Translations under genes and position numbers: made by a program
Assembly (NCBI GenBank): GCA_022072165.1
Contig: JAJVIF010000001.1
Location: forward strand, 273,353-337,352
DNA length: 64,000 nt
DNA from: a bacterium
Lineage (GTDB): Bacteria > JAJVIF01
Reading direction: 5' to 3'
Shown here: piece by piece, positions 1-8,319 of the stretch
Position numbering within the stretch: position 1 is the first letter of the stretch
Layout of the letters: every line of letters begins with the position of its first letter
The notes under the pieces: generated by a model
Told to the model about the DNA's origin: nothing
Database searches by the model: none
Seen by the model: the letters and a program-made list of their open reading frames with translations, nothing else

Positions 1-329
1 TTGGCGAGCCGGTTGGAAATCTGGTTGTTCTTGTGCTCGAACGTTGTCCAGTAGTTCAGGTACCGGTTTTCGATCCCGAAGTTGCGGTAGAACGTCCGGA
101 CATACCCCACCCAGTCATCACCTTTACTGTCGGTCGGCTGCGCCATGTGCGCCCGGGCCGCCAGGAAGGCGTAATAGTTGACGCAAATCTGCCGGTTGGT
201 GGTGAGGATCACCTGAATGGAGGTCATCGTGAGGGCGAGCCACATGATGAAGAAGAACCAGAACTCCACCAGGACGCTGCCCCGTTGGCGACGCGCCAGC
301 CAGGCTCGGGATACGGGCACAGGAAGCAT
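1..329 (-). CDS. TadE/TadG-like pseudopilin (partial, runs off left edge; not in ORF track)
   Basis: Hand translation from ATG 329 (SD GGAGGT upstream): MLPVPVSRAWLARRQRG|SVLVEFWFFFIMWLALTMTSIQVIL...YYAFLAARAH; prepilin G|xxxxEF motif, hydrophobic helix and AAR motif typical of TadE. Confidence 0.8.
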   Translation of the reverse strand, partial: MLPVPVSRAWLARRQRGSVLVEFWFFFIMWLALTMTSIQVILTTNRQICVNYYAFLAARAHMAQPTDSKGDDWVGYVRTFYRNFGIENRYLNYWTTFEHKNNQISNRLA

Positions 330-350
330 GGTGGTCACCTCCGGACGATC

Positions 351-539
351 CTAGTTGGGGAACTGGGAAAAGATCTGATTAAACCGGGTCAGCGTGGCCC
401 GGATCAGGGGGGGCGTATAGGCCCGCAGTGACCACGCCAGTACTCCCGTAAGCAGGATGGTGAGCATGGCGTACTCGAGCATGGTCGCGCCGCGACGCTG
501 GCGTCGGGCCATCAACAGGTGATAACCAGGGCCAGTCAT
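351..539 (-). CDS. Flp-like type IVc prepilin
   Basis: RRQRRG|ATMLEY plus hydrophobic helix; SD AAGGAG; 62 aa. Confidence 0.85.
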   Translation of the reverse strand: MTGPGYHLLMARRQRRGATMLEYAMLTILLTGVLAWSLRAYTPPLIRATLTRFNQIFSQFPN

Positions 540-568
540 GCGTCGCTCCTTTCCCGGATACGGTCGTG

Positions 569-586
569 GTCACAGGATGTCACAGG
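569..586 (-). promoter_or_regulatory. Tandem direct repeat CCTGTGAC-AT-CCTGTGAC, candidate regulator site
   Basis: Perfect 8-bp repeat with 10-bp period between a terminator and the 539 pilin start. Confidence 0.4.
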
Positions 587-595
587 CGCAGGGCT

Positions 596-635
596 AAAAA
601 GATGTCCCGGCGTCCGGCGAGGATGCCGGGACATC
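596..635 (-). terminator. Rho-independent terminator after the major Flp pilin
   Basis: 15-bp stem gatgtcccggcgtcc/ggatgccgggacatc (one G-U), then T5 on the minus strand. Confidence 0.85.
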
Positions 636-683
636 GATGATGCTGTCAGGTCAGTGGCGAGGTGAGGTAAGCCGGTCCAACCC

Positions 684-908
684 TTACGGGTTGTTCCACG
701 GCTGGCCCTGGCTCGTCGCTTCCATCTGGGTCTTGATGGTGTTGGAGCTCTTCTTGGCGTTCGAGGAGACGCGGTCACCGAACTGCTTGAAGAAGAGGAC
801 CAGACCGACCACCAGGATCACCACGAGCAGCGCGTACTCCAGAGCGGAGGCACCACGCTTGGTGCGGGCCTGGCGAGCGTTCCAGACGAGTTGCATGAGG
901 TTGCTCAT
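684..908 (-). CDS. flp: Flp family pilin, probable major pilin
   Basis: ATG 908 with SD AGGAGG; TKRG|ASALEYALLVVILVVGLVLFFKQFG is a canonical Flp motif; strong terminator follows. Confidence 0.9.
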   Translation of the reverse strand: MSNLMQLVWNARQARTKRGASALEYALLVVILVVGLVLFFKQFGDRVSSNAKKSSNTIKTQMEATSQGQPWNNP

Positions 909-964
909 TCTTGTGTCCTCCTGAGCGATACGTACTGAGATGAAGGAAACCGGATGCCGGAGCC

Positions 965-1150
965 TTACGGCCGGGGCAGCAGAAAGTTCTGCAGCATGCG
1001 GCCCAGTCGTTCGATGGGCTGCATCAGTGGTCCTGCCAGCCGCGACAGGAAGACTGCTGTGATCAGAATGATCAGCAGCGCCTGTTCCAGTGCAGTGGCT
1101 CCACGCCGCAGTCGACTGCAGGCCAGGAACCAGGACTTGATGACCCACAT
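965..1150 (-). CDS. Flp-like prepilin (EQ variant)
   Basis: ATG 1150 with SD GGAGG; RLRRG|ATALEQALLIILITAVF. Confidence 0.8.
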   Translation of the reverse strand: MWVIKSWFLACSRLRRGATALEQALLIILITAVFLSRLAGPLMQPIERLGRMLQNFLLPRP

Positions 1151-1247
1151 GCTGGGGTTCCTCCGGGTGCCATCAGTGTACACCGTTCGCATGTCCTGCC
1201 TCCAGTCTGTCGTTTTGACCCGGCCTGGGGAACTGCCATCCTGCCAG

Positions 1248-1263
1248 TACACCCCCTGTGCCA
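1248..1263 (-). promoter_or_regulatory. sigma54-like box TGGCACA-GGGG-GTGTA (GT at -12)
   Basis: Matches the -24 consensus TGGCAC; GG-N10-GT; upstream of pilins 1150 and 908; twin at 1584-1599. Confidence 0.45.
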
Positions 1264-1291
1264 AGAGGTCACGAAACCGTTGCCAAATCGC

Positions 1292-1328
1292 AAAATGAAA
1301 ACGCCATCCTGAAAATCCAGGATGGCGT
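1292..1328 (-). terminator. Rho-independent terminator after the first pilin
   Basis: 11-bp stem acgccatcctg/caggatggcgt followed by TTTCATTTT on the minus strand. Confidence 0.8.
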
Positions 1329-1356
1329 CCGCCAGATGCTTGGGGCCGCAGTCAGA

Positions 1357-1530
1357 TCAGACTGTGCCGCTAATCATGGTGCCGAGGAGCACGCGGTAAT
1401 AGCCAGGCAGCAGTCGCATCACCGTGTAGGTGATCACGATCATCATGACGCTGGTGAACATCAGGATGAGGGCGTACTCGAGCATCGCGATCCCCCGCGA
1501 TACCCGGCGCCGGTTCCACAGTCGGTGCAT
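1357..1530 (-). CDS. Flp-like prepilin
   Basis: ATG 1530 with SD GGAGG; RRVSRG|IAMLEYALILMFTSVMMIVI. Confidence 0.85.
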   Translation of the reverse strand: MHRLWNRRRVSRGIAMLEYALILMFTSVMMIVITYTVMRLLPGYYRVLLGTMISGTV

Positions 1531-1583
1531 CACCGCCTCCTCTGTCGCTACTACAGCCTCTGTGAGTCTACCACTGAGCAATA

Positions 1584-1599
1584 GACACATGACGCGCCA
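1584..1599 (-). promoter_or_regulatory. sigma54-like box TGGCGCG-TCAT-GTGTC (GT at -12)
   Basis: Same TGGCRCR-N4-GTGT pattern as 1248-1263; upstream of pilin 1530. Confidence 0.4.
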
Positions 1600-1633
1600 G
1601 AAGCCCGCAACCTGTTGGGGGGGGAACCGATGC

Positions 1634-3061
1634 CTAGAGCAAGTCCTTCAGGGGGAGTTCGACATTGAACTCCGGGACATCCACAGACCACCCGAGTTCC
1701 GTCCGGAGCAACTCCTGCAGGGATGACACCGCCTCAGGTTCGCCGTGGACCAGGAAGCAGCGACGGGGTGGGGTTCTGAAATGTCGAGCCCAGCGGAGCA
1801 GTTCGGCACGGTCCGCATGGGCTGAAAAGCCCTTAATGGAGCGAACTTCTGCCCGGACCGGCACCTCACTCCCCAGCAGTTTGACTTCTGCGGCACCATC
1901 CAGCACCCGGCGGCCTAGAGTCCCGGGGGCCTGGAAGCCCGTAAAGAGGATGGTGTTCTCCCGCACCGGCGCTCGCATCCGGAAGTGATGCAGAATGCGC
2001 CCCCCGGCCATCATGCCGCTGGCAGCGATGATGATGCAGGGACGGAACCGGTCGTTAAGTTGCTGCGAATGCTTGCGGGTCACGACCTCCGAGAACTGGG
2101 CCGGGAGTTCCATCACTCCGCGTCCTGGATGGGCGGCAGGGTCCAGGACATCCGGATACTTCTTGTAAAGCGCGGTGGTCTGCCGGGCCATTGGTGAATC
2201 CAGAAACACGGGCTGGATGGGAATGCGGCCCTGCCGCTCCAGTTCAGCCAGATGCCAAAGGATGGCCTGTGTCCGGCTGATGGCGAAGGCCGGAATCACC
2301 AGGATTCCGCTTCGCTCATAAGTGTCATTCACCACTGCCGCCAGTTCCTCCGGCACATTGCCCGAAGGGTGATACCGGTCGCCGTACGTCGACTCCATCA
2401 CCACGATGTCCGCTTCCGGGGGCGGGGCGGGATCCCGCATGAGTGCGACGTTGTAGCGCCCGATGTCGCCGGAGTAGAGGATGGATGCCGGACGGTTGCC
2501 CAGTTGCAGCCGGAGTTCGACGTGTGCCGAGCCAAGGATATGACCAGCGTCGTGCAGCCGGACGTCAATGCCCTGAGCGACCGGGGCCCAGCGCCCTCCC
2601 AGACGGTGGGTATGAAAGCGCTTCAGGGTCTGATTGACATCAGCCGTGTCATAGAGGGGAGCGGTGAAGGGGTCGAGGAGGGGATCCTGCCCCTTGCGCA
2701 GGGCCATCTTCAGACGGTATTTCGCTTCTTCGAAACTGAGCTTTGCCGCATCGCGCATGACGATCGCGGCGAGTTCCCGGGTCTGCACGGAGGTGTGGAT
2801 CGGTCCGGTAAAGCCATCACGTACCAGTCGGGGTAGACGGCCGCAGTGGTCCAGATGCGCATGGGTCAGGATCGCCGTCGTTATCTGTTCTGGTGCCAGG
2901 GGCCAGGCACCATAGTTTTGCTCCTCCGCTTCCCGGGAGCCCTGGATCATGCCGCAGTCGATCGTCCAGGTAGTCCCCTGATGCTGTCCAAGGTGCATGC
3001 TGCCGGTGACATGGTGAAGGGCACCGAAGAACGTCAGGCTGGAAGGGTGAGTGACAGGCAT
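1634..3061 (-). CDS. MBL-fold beta-CASP ribonuclease (TTHA0252/YSH1-like)
   Basis: VTGS, DCG, THAHLDH, AGHILGS, SGD, MESTYG, GFQAPGTLG, GFSAHAD and LVHGE motifs; start set to ATG 3061. Confidence 0.92.
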   Translation of the reverse strand: MPVTHPSSLTFFGALHHVTGSMHLGQHQGTTWTIDCGMIQGSREAEEQNYGAWPLAPEQITTAILTHAHLDHCGRLPRLVRDGFTGPIHTSVQTRELAAIVMRDAAKLSFEEAKYRLKMALRKGQDPLLDPFTAPLYDTADVNQTLKRFHTHRLGGRWAPVAQGIDVRLHDAGHILGSAHVELRLQLGNRPASILYSGDIGRYNVALMRDPAPPPEADIVVMESTYGDRYHPSGNVPEELAAVVNDTYERSGILVIPAFAISRTQAILWHLAELERQGRIPIQPVFLDSPMARQTTALYKKYPDVLDPAAHPGRGVMELPAQFSEVVTRKHSQQLNDRFRPCIIIAASGMMAGGRILHHFRMRAPVRENTILFTGFQAPGTLGRRVLDGAAEVKLLGSEVPVRAEVRSIKGFSAHADRAELLRWARHFRTPPRRCFLVHGEPEAVSSLQELLRTELGWSVDVPEFNVELPLKDLL

Positions 3062-3063
3062 GT

Positions 3064-3936
3064 TCAGGCGTGACCCCCGGTGGGTGGCGGAATAAGAGGT
3101 GGGATATCGCTGCCGATGCGCCTGGCTGCGGGAAACTCGGGCAAGCCCTCGCCCCATTCCGGGACACAGAGCACCGGGCAGGGGGCTTGACGAATCAGCG
3201 CCTGCAACGTGGCATCGAGCGGCTGCCCGCCGAAGGGTGTATCGATGCCGATGCCCGCCCCCGCTACGCCCAGGACCAGCAGCCCCGGCCGCAGTTGCGC
3301 GGCATAGTGCAGGAGATCATCAGTGTCGGCATCGGGCAGCAGGGAGAGCTGATAGTCGGTGGCAAAGGGGGCCAGGATGGTTTCCAGGAGCGCGACCACC
3401 TGATCCACCTGGGGCTCGGCGACGCAGGCGAGGACCTGCAAGGGGACCTGGAGCGTGGTCGTGAGTTCGGCGGCTTGTGTCAGCCCCCGTTCGCCTGCCG
3501 CAGTGAGGTCGTAGAGCCCAACAATCGCCCCGGCCTCCTGCGGAGGGGCATCGGGCATCAGCAGGAGCGGGACCGGGCACCAATGGAGGAGTTCCGCCAG
3601 CTCTTCTTCCCAGGCCGCCGCTTCCAGCAAGGGATAGGTCACGACCAGCCAGTCGCCCGACTGCAACTGACTCGCGACCTCGCCCCAGGAGTCGCCATCC
3701 CCCAGAGACCAGGAGATGGGAAGTCGGGTTTCCTGCAGCACCTGCAGGAAGACCGGGTCCAGGGCCCGACGCATGGCAGTTTCATCCACCATCTCCCCTT
3801 CGCGTCCGGACCAGGGCTGCAAGGCGACAGGAATCTTGCGGGAGGCATCCAGAGTTGCGATGAAACGCAAGGTCGGCCCGAGAGCGACCGGGTCCTGAAT
3901 CAGGCAGAAAAAGCGCGAGGGCAACACAAACGGCAT
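3064..3936 (-). CDS. Universal stress protein-like, tandem USP domains
   Basis: CPVPLLLMP and LLVLG...LIRQAPCPVLCVP USP C-terminal signatures; true start may be GTG 3927. Confidence 0.7.
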   Translation of the reverse strand: MPFVLPSRFFCLIQDPVALGPTLRFIATLDASRKIPVALQPWSGREGEMVDETAMRRALDPVFLQVLQETRLPISWSLGDGDSWGEVASQLQSGDWLVVTYPLLEAAAWEEELAELLHWCPVPLLLMPDAPPQEAGAIVGLYDLTAAGERGLTQAAELTTTLQVPLQVLACVAEPQVDQVVALLETILAPFATDYQLSLLPDADTDDLLHYAAQLRPGLLVLGVAGAGIGIDTPFGGQPLDATLQALIRQAPCPVLCVPEWGEGLPEFPAARRIGSDIPPLIPPPTGGHA

Positions 3937-3960
3937 CGTAGCACCCTGTCCAGGAGGGCC

Positions 3961-5511
3961 TTACCAGCAGGCGTGGTAAGTCGCGGTGCCATGATCATGC
4001 TGATGCAGATCGGCCAGCGCTGCGAGTTGGGCGGCTTGCGGCACCCGGTCAGTCAGGCGGGAAGTGTTGGCCAGCTCCCAGATCGTCAGCGCCATCGTTT
4101 CCGTCACCTGCTCCCAGAGGAGCCAGTTGCAGCCATCTTCCTGGAACGTCCCCAGCTGATGCACCGGGTGTTTGCGGTCCCCGCCATTCAGCACCATGAC
4201 CGCCGGGATCCCGGCACCCCAAAAGGGGACATGGTCGGAGGCGGCAGCGACATCATTCGTCTGAAATGGCAGCTGGTGCAGTCGACGATTCATCTGCTCG
4301 GAGACACTCCGCAACTGTGGAGTCCGATCGCTGTTGTGGACCATGAAGGTGTCGCCCTGACCGGTCATGTCGAAATTGAACATCGCCCGGACCCGTGTCA
4401 GCGGTAGCGTGGGGTGCTCCACCCAATAGCGGGCTCCCAGGAGCCCCATTTCTTCGCCAGTAAAGAGGATGAAGAGGAGCGAGCGTTTGGGACGTTGCGG
4501 GGCGGTGGCAAAGGCCTGGGCCAGCTCCAGCACCGACGCCGTGCCGGAGGCGTTGTCCTCCTGGCCACAAAAGATGAACTCGTCTCCCATCAGTCCGACA
4601 TGGTCCATATGTCCGCCGATGACTATGACTTCGTTGCGGAGTTTGGGATCGGAGCCTTCCAGGAGCCCGACCACATTACAAGTGGGAGCGGAGAGCTCCA
4701 TGGTGCCCCGGACCCGCAAATCGACGTCGCTGCCCAGGGGTGCTGAGATGGTCGTTCGTTCCTCGTTCGAGAGCCTGATCAGCGCTGGCAGTTGTAGCCC
4801 CGAGAGAGCAAACAGCGCGTGAGCGACCCGGTGATTTCCCTGGATGGCGGGAAAGCCCGGATCCCAGGGGATGTCTCCATTGGAGAAGTACACCGAGCCG
4901 ATCAGCCCACCAAAAGCCCCATCTGCGGAGACATCGAGCAGGATGAGCCCCGCCGCGCCATGATCACGGGCCGCCCGGACCGTCCAGCCGGTCAAACCCC
5001 AGTCCCCATCGACTTTGGGATGTCCACCCCGCAGGGCGACCACGACTTTGTTATGGACATCAACCCCCGCGTATTCATCAAAGCCCTGCTCCGGGGCGGA
5101 GATACCCCGTCCGACAAACACCGCTTCTCCCCGGACCTTGCCTGAGCCACCATCGAGACGACTGATGAAATCCGTGCCGAAAGCGAACGACTCCTCATTC
5201 ACGGTGAGTGACGCTTCGTGAATGACATTGGTCGCCAGATTAAAGTGCTGCAGGTAGGTCCCATCATCGCCCAAAGGTTGCAGGCCAATGGCCGCAAACC
5301 GCTCGGCCGCCAGCTGGGCGGTGAGCCACTGTCCTGGCTGACCGGTCATACGACCGGCGAACTCCGGCGAGGATAGTTGGCGGATCAGTGCATAGCCATC
5401 GTCGTAGTCGATGGTCGCCAGTGCGTGTTGTCGGAAGCTGGAGGCAGGTGAAGCTGTCGCCGCCGACGTCAGCAGCGTCAGACACAACAGAGAGGGGATG
5501 AGCGGGCGCAT
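3961..5511 (-). CDS. Secreted M28 family aminopeptidase with PA domain
   Basis: Signal peptide MRPLIPSLLCLTLL; GGHMDH, DNASG, GEEMGLLG, NFDM and SDH zinc motifs; PA insert (DVHNKVVV...GAAG). Confidence 0.9.
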   Translation of the reverse strand: MRPLIPSLLCLTLLTSAATASPASSFRQHALATIDYDDGYALIRQLSSPEFAGRMTGQPGQWLTAQLAAERFAAIGLQPLGDDGTYLQHFNLATNVIHEASLTVNEESFAFGTDFISRLDGGSGKVRGEAVFVGRGISAPEQGFDEYAGVDVHNKVVVALRGGHPKVDGDWGLTGWTVRAARDHGAAGLILLDVSADGAFGGLIGSVYFSNGDIPWDPGFPAIQGNHRVAHALFALSGLQLPALIRLSNEERTTISAPLGSDVDLRVRGTMELSAPTCNVVGLLEGSDPKLRNEVIVIGGHMDHVGLMGDEFIFCGQEDNASGTASVLELAQAFATAPQRPKRSLLFILFTGEEMGLLGARYWVEHPTLPLTRVRAMFNFDMTGQGDTFMVHNSDRTPQLRSVSEQMNRRLHQLPFQTNDVAAASDHVPFWGAGIPAVMVLNGGDRKHPVHQLGTFQEDGCNWLLWEQVTETMALTIWELANTSRLTDRVPQAAQLAALADLHQHDHGTATYHACW

Positions 5512-5606
5512 GGGGTCTCCAGGAGGGGGAGTCGTCGTGTGCAACAGGAGGATAGCAGCAGGAGTTGATCAGCCAGGTATACGAGTATCTCCACGCGCTG
5601 TCGCTG

Positions 5607-6023
5607 TCAGTAGGAACTGAAAACGGTGACAAGCAGACCGATAACCGTCATTGCTCCAAAGTAGATCAGCCCAGCCCACATCAACAATCGGACGAAGAAG
5701 AGGAGCCATCGACTCGGGGGAGCTGACTGACGGCCGAGGTAACGCTCCAGGGTTTTCGAAGCGTCGTTAGCAGCAGCTGTGGCGACCAGCAACTCCTCGC
5801 CCGCTGACCGGATCAGCGTGACATCTCTGCTGGCAACGGCCGCTTCATACGCGCTCTGGGCCGCCGCTTCCTGCTGGCGTGCCGCTTCAAAAGCGCCGTA
5901 AGCTTTCAGGCGAAGCCGCTGAGTCGTCTGGCTGGCGGGGGACCAGGCGTGGGGTGGGGGAGTGCGCTCTGCATAGAAATTCCCTGCCTGATAGCTCGGA
6001 GGTCGCTGGAATTCTGCTGACAT
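5607..6023 (-). CDS. Hypothetical protein, Ala-rich helices and C-terminal membrane anchor
   Basis: ATG 6023 with SD GAGGAG; C-terminal hydrophobic segment. Confidence 0.6.
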   Translation of the reverse strand: MSAEFQRPPSYQAGNFYAERTPPPHAWSPASQTTQRLRLKAYGAFEAARQQEAAAQSAYEAAVASRDVTLIRSAGEELLVATAAANDASKTLERYLGRQSAPPSRWLLFFVRLLMWAGLIYFGAMTVIGLLVTVFSSY

Positions 6024-6091
6024 CAGCCGCTCCTCGTTAACAGGTGCTCGGTACTCCATCTGACACCTGATCACGCCTGACGGTTGCGGGT

Positions 6092-6625
6092 TTAATCCTC
6101 GAACGTCACCAGGACCTGATCGAGATCCACGTTCGCGCCTTCTTCGCACAGGACCTTCTTCACCTTACAGGCCCGGGGGGCGGCTAGCTCGTTTTCCATC
6201 TTCATCGCTTCCAGCACGATGCAGAGCTGACCGGGCTCCAGGGATTGCCCCTCTTTCACCTTGATCGCCACGATCTTCCCGGGCATCGGCGCGGCAACCG
6301 CATTCCCGGCGGCCTCCTGCGAGAGCCCAACGCCCTTCTTTTTGGTGAGATTTCCCTTGCCGGCGAAGTCGATGTGGACCGGCTGGGGGCGTCCGTTGAT
6401 CCAGGCCTGGGCAGGGAACCCATCATCACCAGCGTCGAACTGCGCTTCATACGGCACCCCATCCACCAGCAGAGACCGGGGAAAGGAACTCAGCCATTGG
6501 TCGCCCTGGACATCGATGCTGACTGTCCGTCCGTTGACCGTGATCTGGCCCGGCACGACTTCATGGGGTTGCGGGGTGATGTCCACCACATAGTCGCTGC
6601 CTTCGATGGTGACCGTGATTTTCAC
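6092..6625 (-). CDS. Biotin carboxyl carrier protein (acyl-CoA carboxylase)
   Basis: APMPG and EAMKM biotinylation motif; SD AAGGAG before GTG. Confidence 0.93.
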   Translation of the reverse strand: MKITVTIEGSDYVVDITPQPHEVVPGQITVNGRTVSIDVQGDQWLSSFPRSLLVDGVPYEAQFDAGDDGFPAQAWINGRPQPVHIDFAGKGNLTKKKGVGLSQEAAGNAVAAPMPGKIVAIKVKEGQSLEPGQLCIVLEAMKMENELAAPRACKVKKVLCEEGANVDLDQVLVTFED

Positions 6626-6639
6626 GTGCGGACTCCTTC

Positions 6640-6682
6640 TTGACTCACCGAAGTGGCGCGATTGACTAGCCGAAGTGACGCG
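6640..6682. repeat. Imperfect 21-bp tandem duplication spanning the accC stop
   Basis: ttgactcaccgaagtggcgcg / ttgactagccgaagtgacgcg, 18/21 identical, 22-bp period. Confidence 0.7.
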
Positions 6683-8201
6683 CAGCGTCGTGACGGGCCG
6701 TCAGACGCCAGTTGCTGGGCTTGCTGCCGGTGGAGTGACGCTGTGTGACCTTGTCCGGGGCGGGCTTCGCCCGGGTGTACAGGAAGACTTCCAGCGCTGC
6801 GGCGATGGCGGCCACTTCTTCCTGGGCGCGATAGTCCTTCAGCAGATTGTCGAGGTGCTTGCCGATGTAGTTCGTGTCGTACCGGGCGTAGCGGAAGTCA
6901 TCGGTGGCGAGGATGGCTTCATGGAAGGCCTCCGTGGTCCGGATGCCCTTGATTTCGAGCTCGCGTAAGGCCTGCAGCATCTTGCGAATCGCGGCATCAC
7001 GGTCCGGACCATGCACGATGATCTTGGCGATCATGGAGTCGTACTGACGCGGGATCGTGTAGCCAGCGAACGCAGCGGAATCGACCCGTACGCCACCGCC
7101 CGCCGGGAAGCGGAGATCTGTGATCAGCCCCGGATTCGGGGTGAAGTTGCGGAAGGGGTCTTCGGCATTGATGCGCACCTCGATGGACCAGCCCTGGATC
7201 TGTACCTGCTCCTGGGTGACGGAGAGCGGCGCACCCCCTGCTACCAGGATCATCTCCCGGATGAGGTCCAGGCCGGTGATCATCTCGGTTACGGGATGCT
7301 CCACCTGGATCCGGGTGTTCATCTCCATGAAGTAGAAGTTGCGGTGGGTATCGACCAGGAACTCCACGGTCCCTGCGCCGACATAGTTCACCGCTTTGGC
7401 GATCTTCACCGCCTCGGCCCCCATCCGTTCCCGCAGGTCAGCATCGAGGAACGGCGATGGCGCTTCTTCAAGGAGCTTCTGATGCCGCCTTTGCAGTGTG
7501 CAGTCGCGTTCCCCCAGGTGAATGACATTGCCGTGGGTGTCGCCGAAAATCTGGAACTCGATGTGTCGAGGCTCCTCGATGTACTTCTCCAGATAGACCG
7601 ACTCATCGCCGAAGGCCGCTTTGGCTTCCGACCGGGCTGCCCGGAAAGCCGCTTCGATCCCCGCGGCATTCTGGATCAGCCGCATGCCGCGTCCGCCGCC
7701 GCCCATCGCCGCCTTCAGCATGACCGGGTACCCGAGTCGCTCCGCGACTCGCCCGGCCTGTTCTACCGACTCGATGAAGCCATCTTCGCCTGGCACACAG
7801 GGGAGTCCGGCCTTGAGGGCGGTCCGCTTGGCGATGGTCTTGTTCCCCATGTCGCGGATGGCATCGGGCGAGGGGCCAATGTAGGTCAGTCCCGCGGCGA
7901 TCGCCTTACGGGCGAAGTCAGGGGACTCCGCGAGGAACCCATACCCCGGGTGGACCGAGTCGGCCTGGCTCTTCCGGGCGACCTGGAGGATTTTGTCGAT
8001 CACCAGGTAGCTCTCGTTTGCCGGGGCCGGGCCGATGCAGTACGCCTGGTCAGCCAGGCGGACATGCAGGGCATCCCGGTCGGCCTCGGAGAAGACCGCG
8101 ACCGCTTCGATACCGAGTTCGTGACAGGCCCGGATGATGCGAACCGCGATTTCTCCGCGATTCGCCACCAGGACCCGCTTCAGGGGCTTGATGGCAGGCA
8201 T
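6666..8201 (-). CDS. accC: Biotin carboxylase subunit of acetyl/propionyl-CoA carboxylase
   Basis: ANRGEIAVR, HPGYGFLAE, GGGGRGM, ERDCTLQRRHQK, EMNTRIQVEHPVTE and YDSMIAK. Confidence 0.95.
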   Translation of the reverse strand: MPAIKPLKRVLVANRGEIAVRIIRACHELGIEAVAVFSEADRDALHVRLADQAYCIGPAPANESYLVIDKILQVARKSQADSVHPGYGFLAESPDFARKAIAAGLTYIGPSPDAIRDMGNKTIAKRTALKAGLPCVPGEDGFIESVEQAGRVAERLGYPVMLKAAMGGGGRGMRLIQNAAGIEAAFRAARSEAKAAFGDESVYLEKYIEEPRHIEFQIFGDTHGNVIHLGERDCTLQRRHQKLLEEAPSPFLDADLRERMGAEAVKIAKAVNYVGAGTVEFLVDTHRNFYFMEMNTRIQVEHPVTEMITGLDLIREMILVAGGAPLSVTQEQVQIQGWSIEVRINAEDPFRNFTPNPGLITDLRFPAGGGVRVDSAAFAGYTIPRQYDSMIAKIIVHGPDRDAAIRKMLQALRELEIKGIRTTEAFHEAILATDDFRYARYDTNYIGKHLDNLLKDYRAQEEVAAIAAALEVFLYTRAKPAPDKVTQRHSTGSKPSNWRLTARHDAARHFG

Positions 8202-8319
8202 AAGGTCAGGATTATAGGGAACAGGCGACAGACCGGGCGTCGGGGGAGTTTTCGTGAGTCAACGGAGCTTCTCCAGCCCCTTCCGCCGAGGGGACCCCCC
8301 ATGGCGTACATTCCTCCCC

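Noticed and set aside
1272-1287. Third sigma54-like word TGGCAACGGTTTCGT (and TGGCACCATTGCGGT at 38569)
   Set aside because: Poorer match in both boxes and expected by chance at this GC content
1151-1300. c-di-GMP riboswitch upstream of the pilins
   Set aside because: Could not find the conserved GGCAAAC / GAAA tetraloop / GACGCAAAG elements
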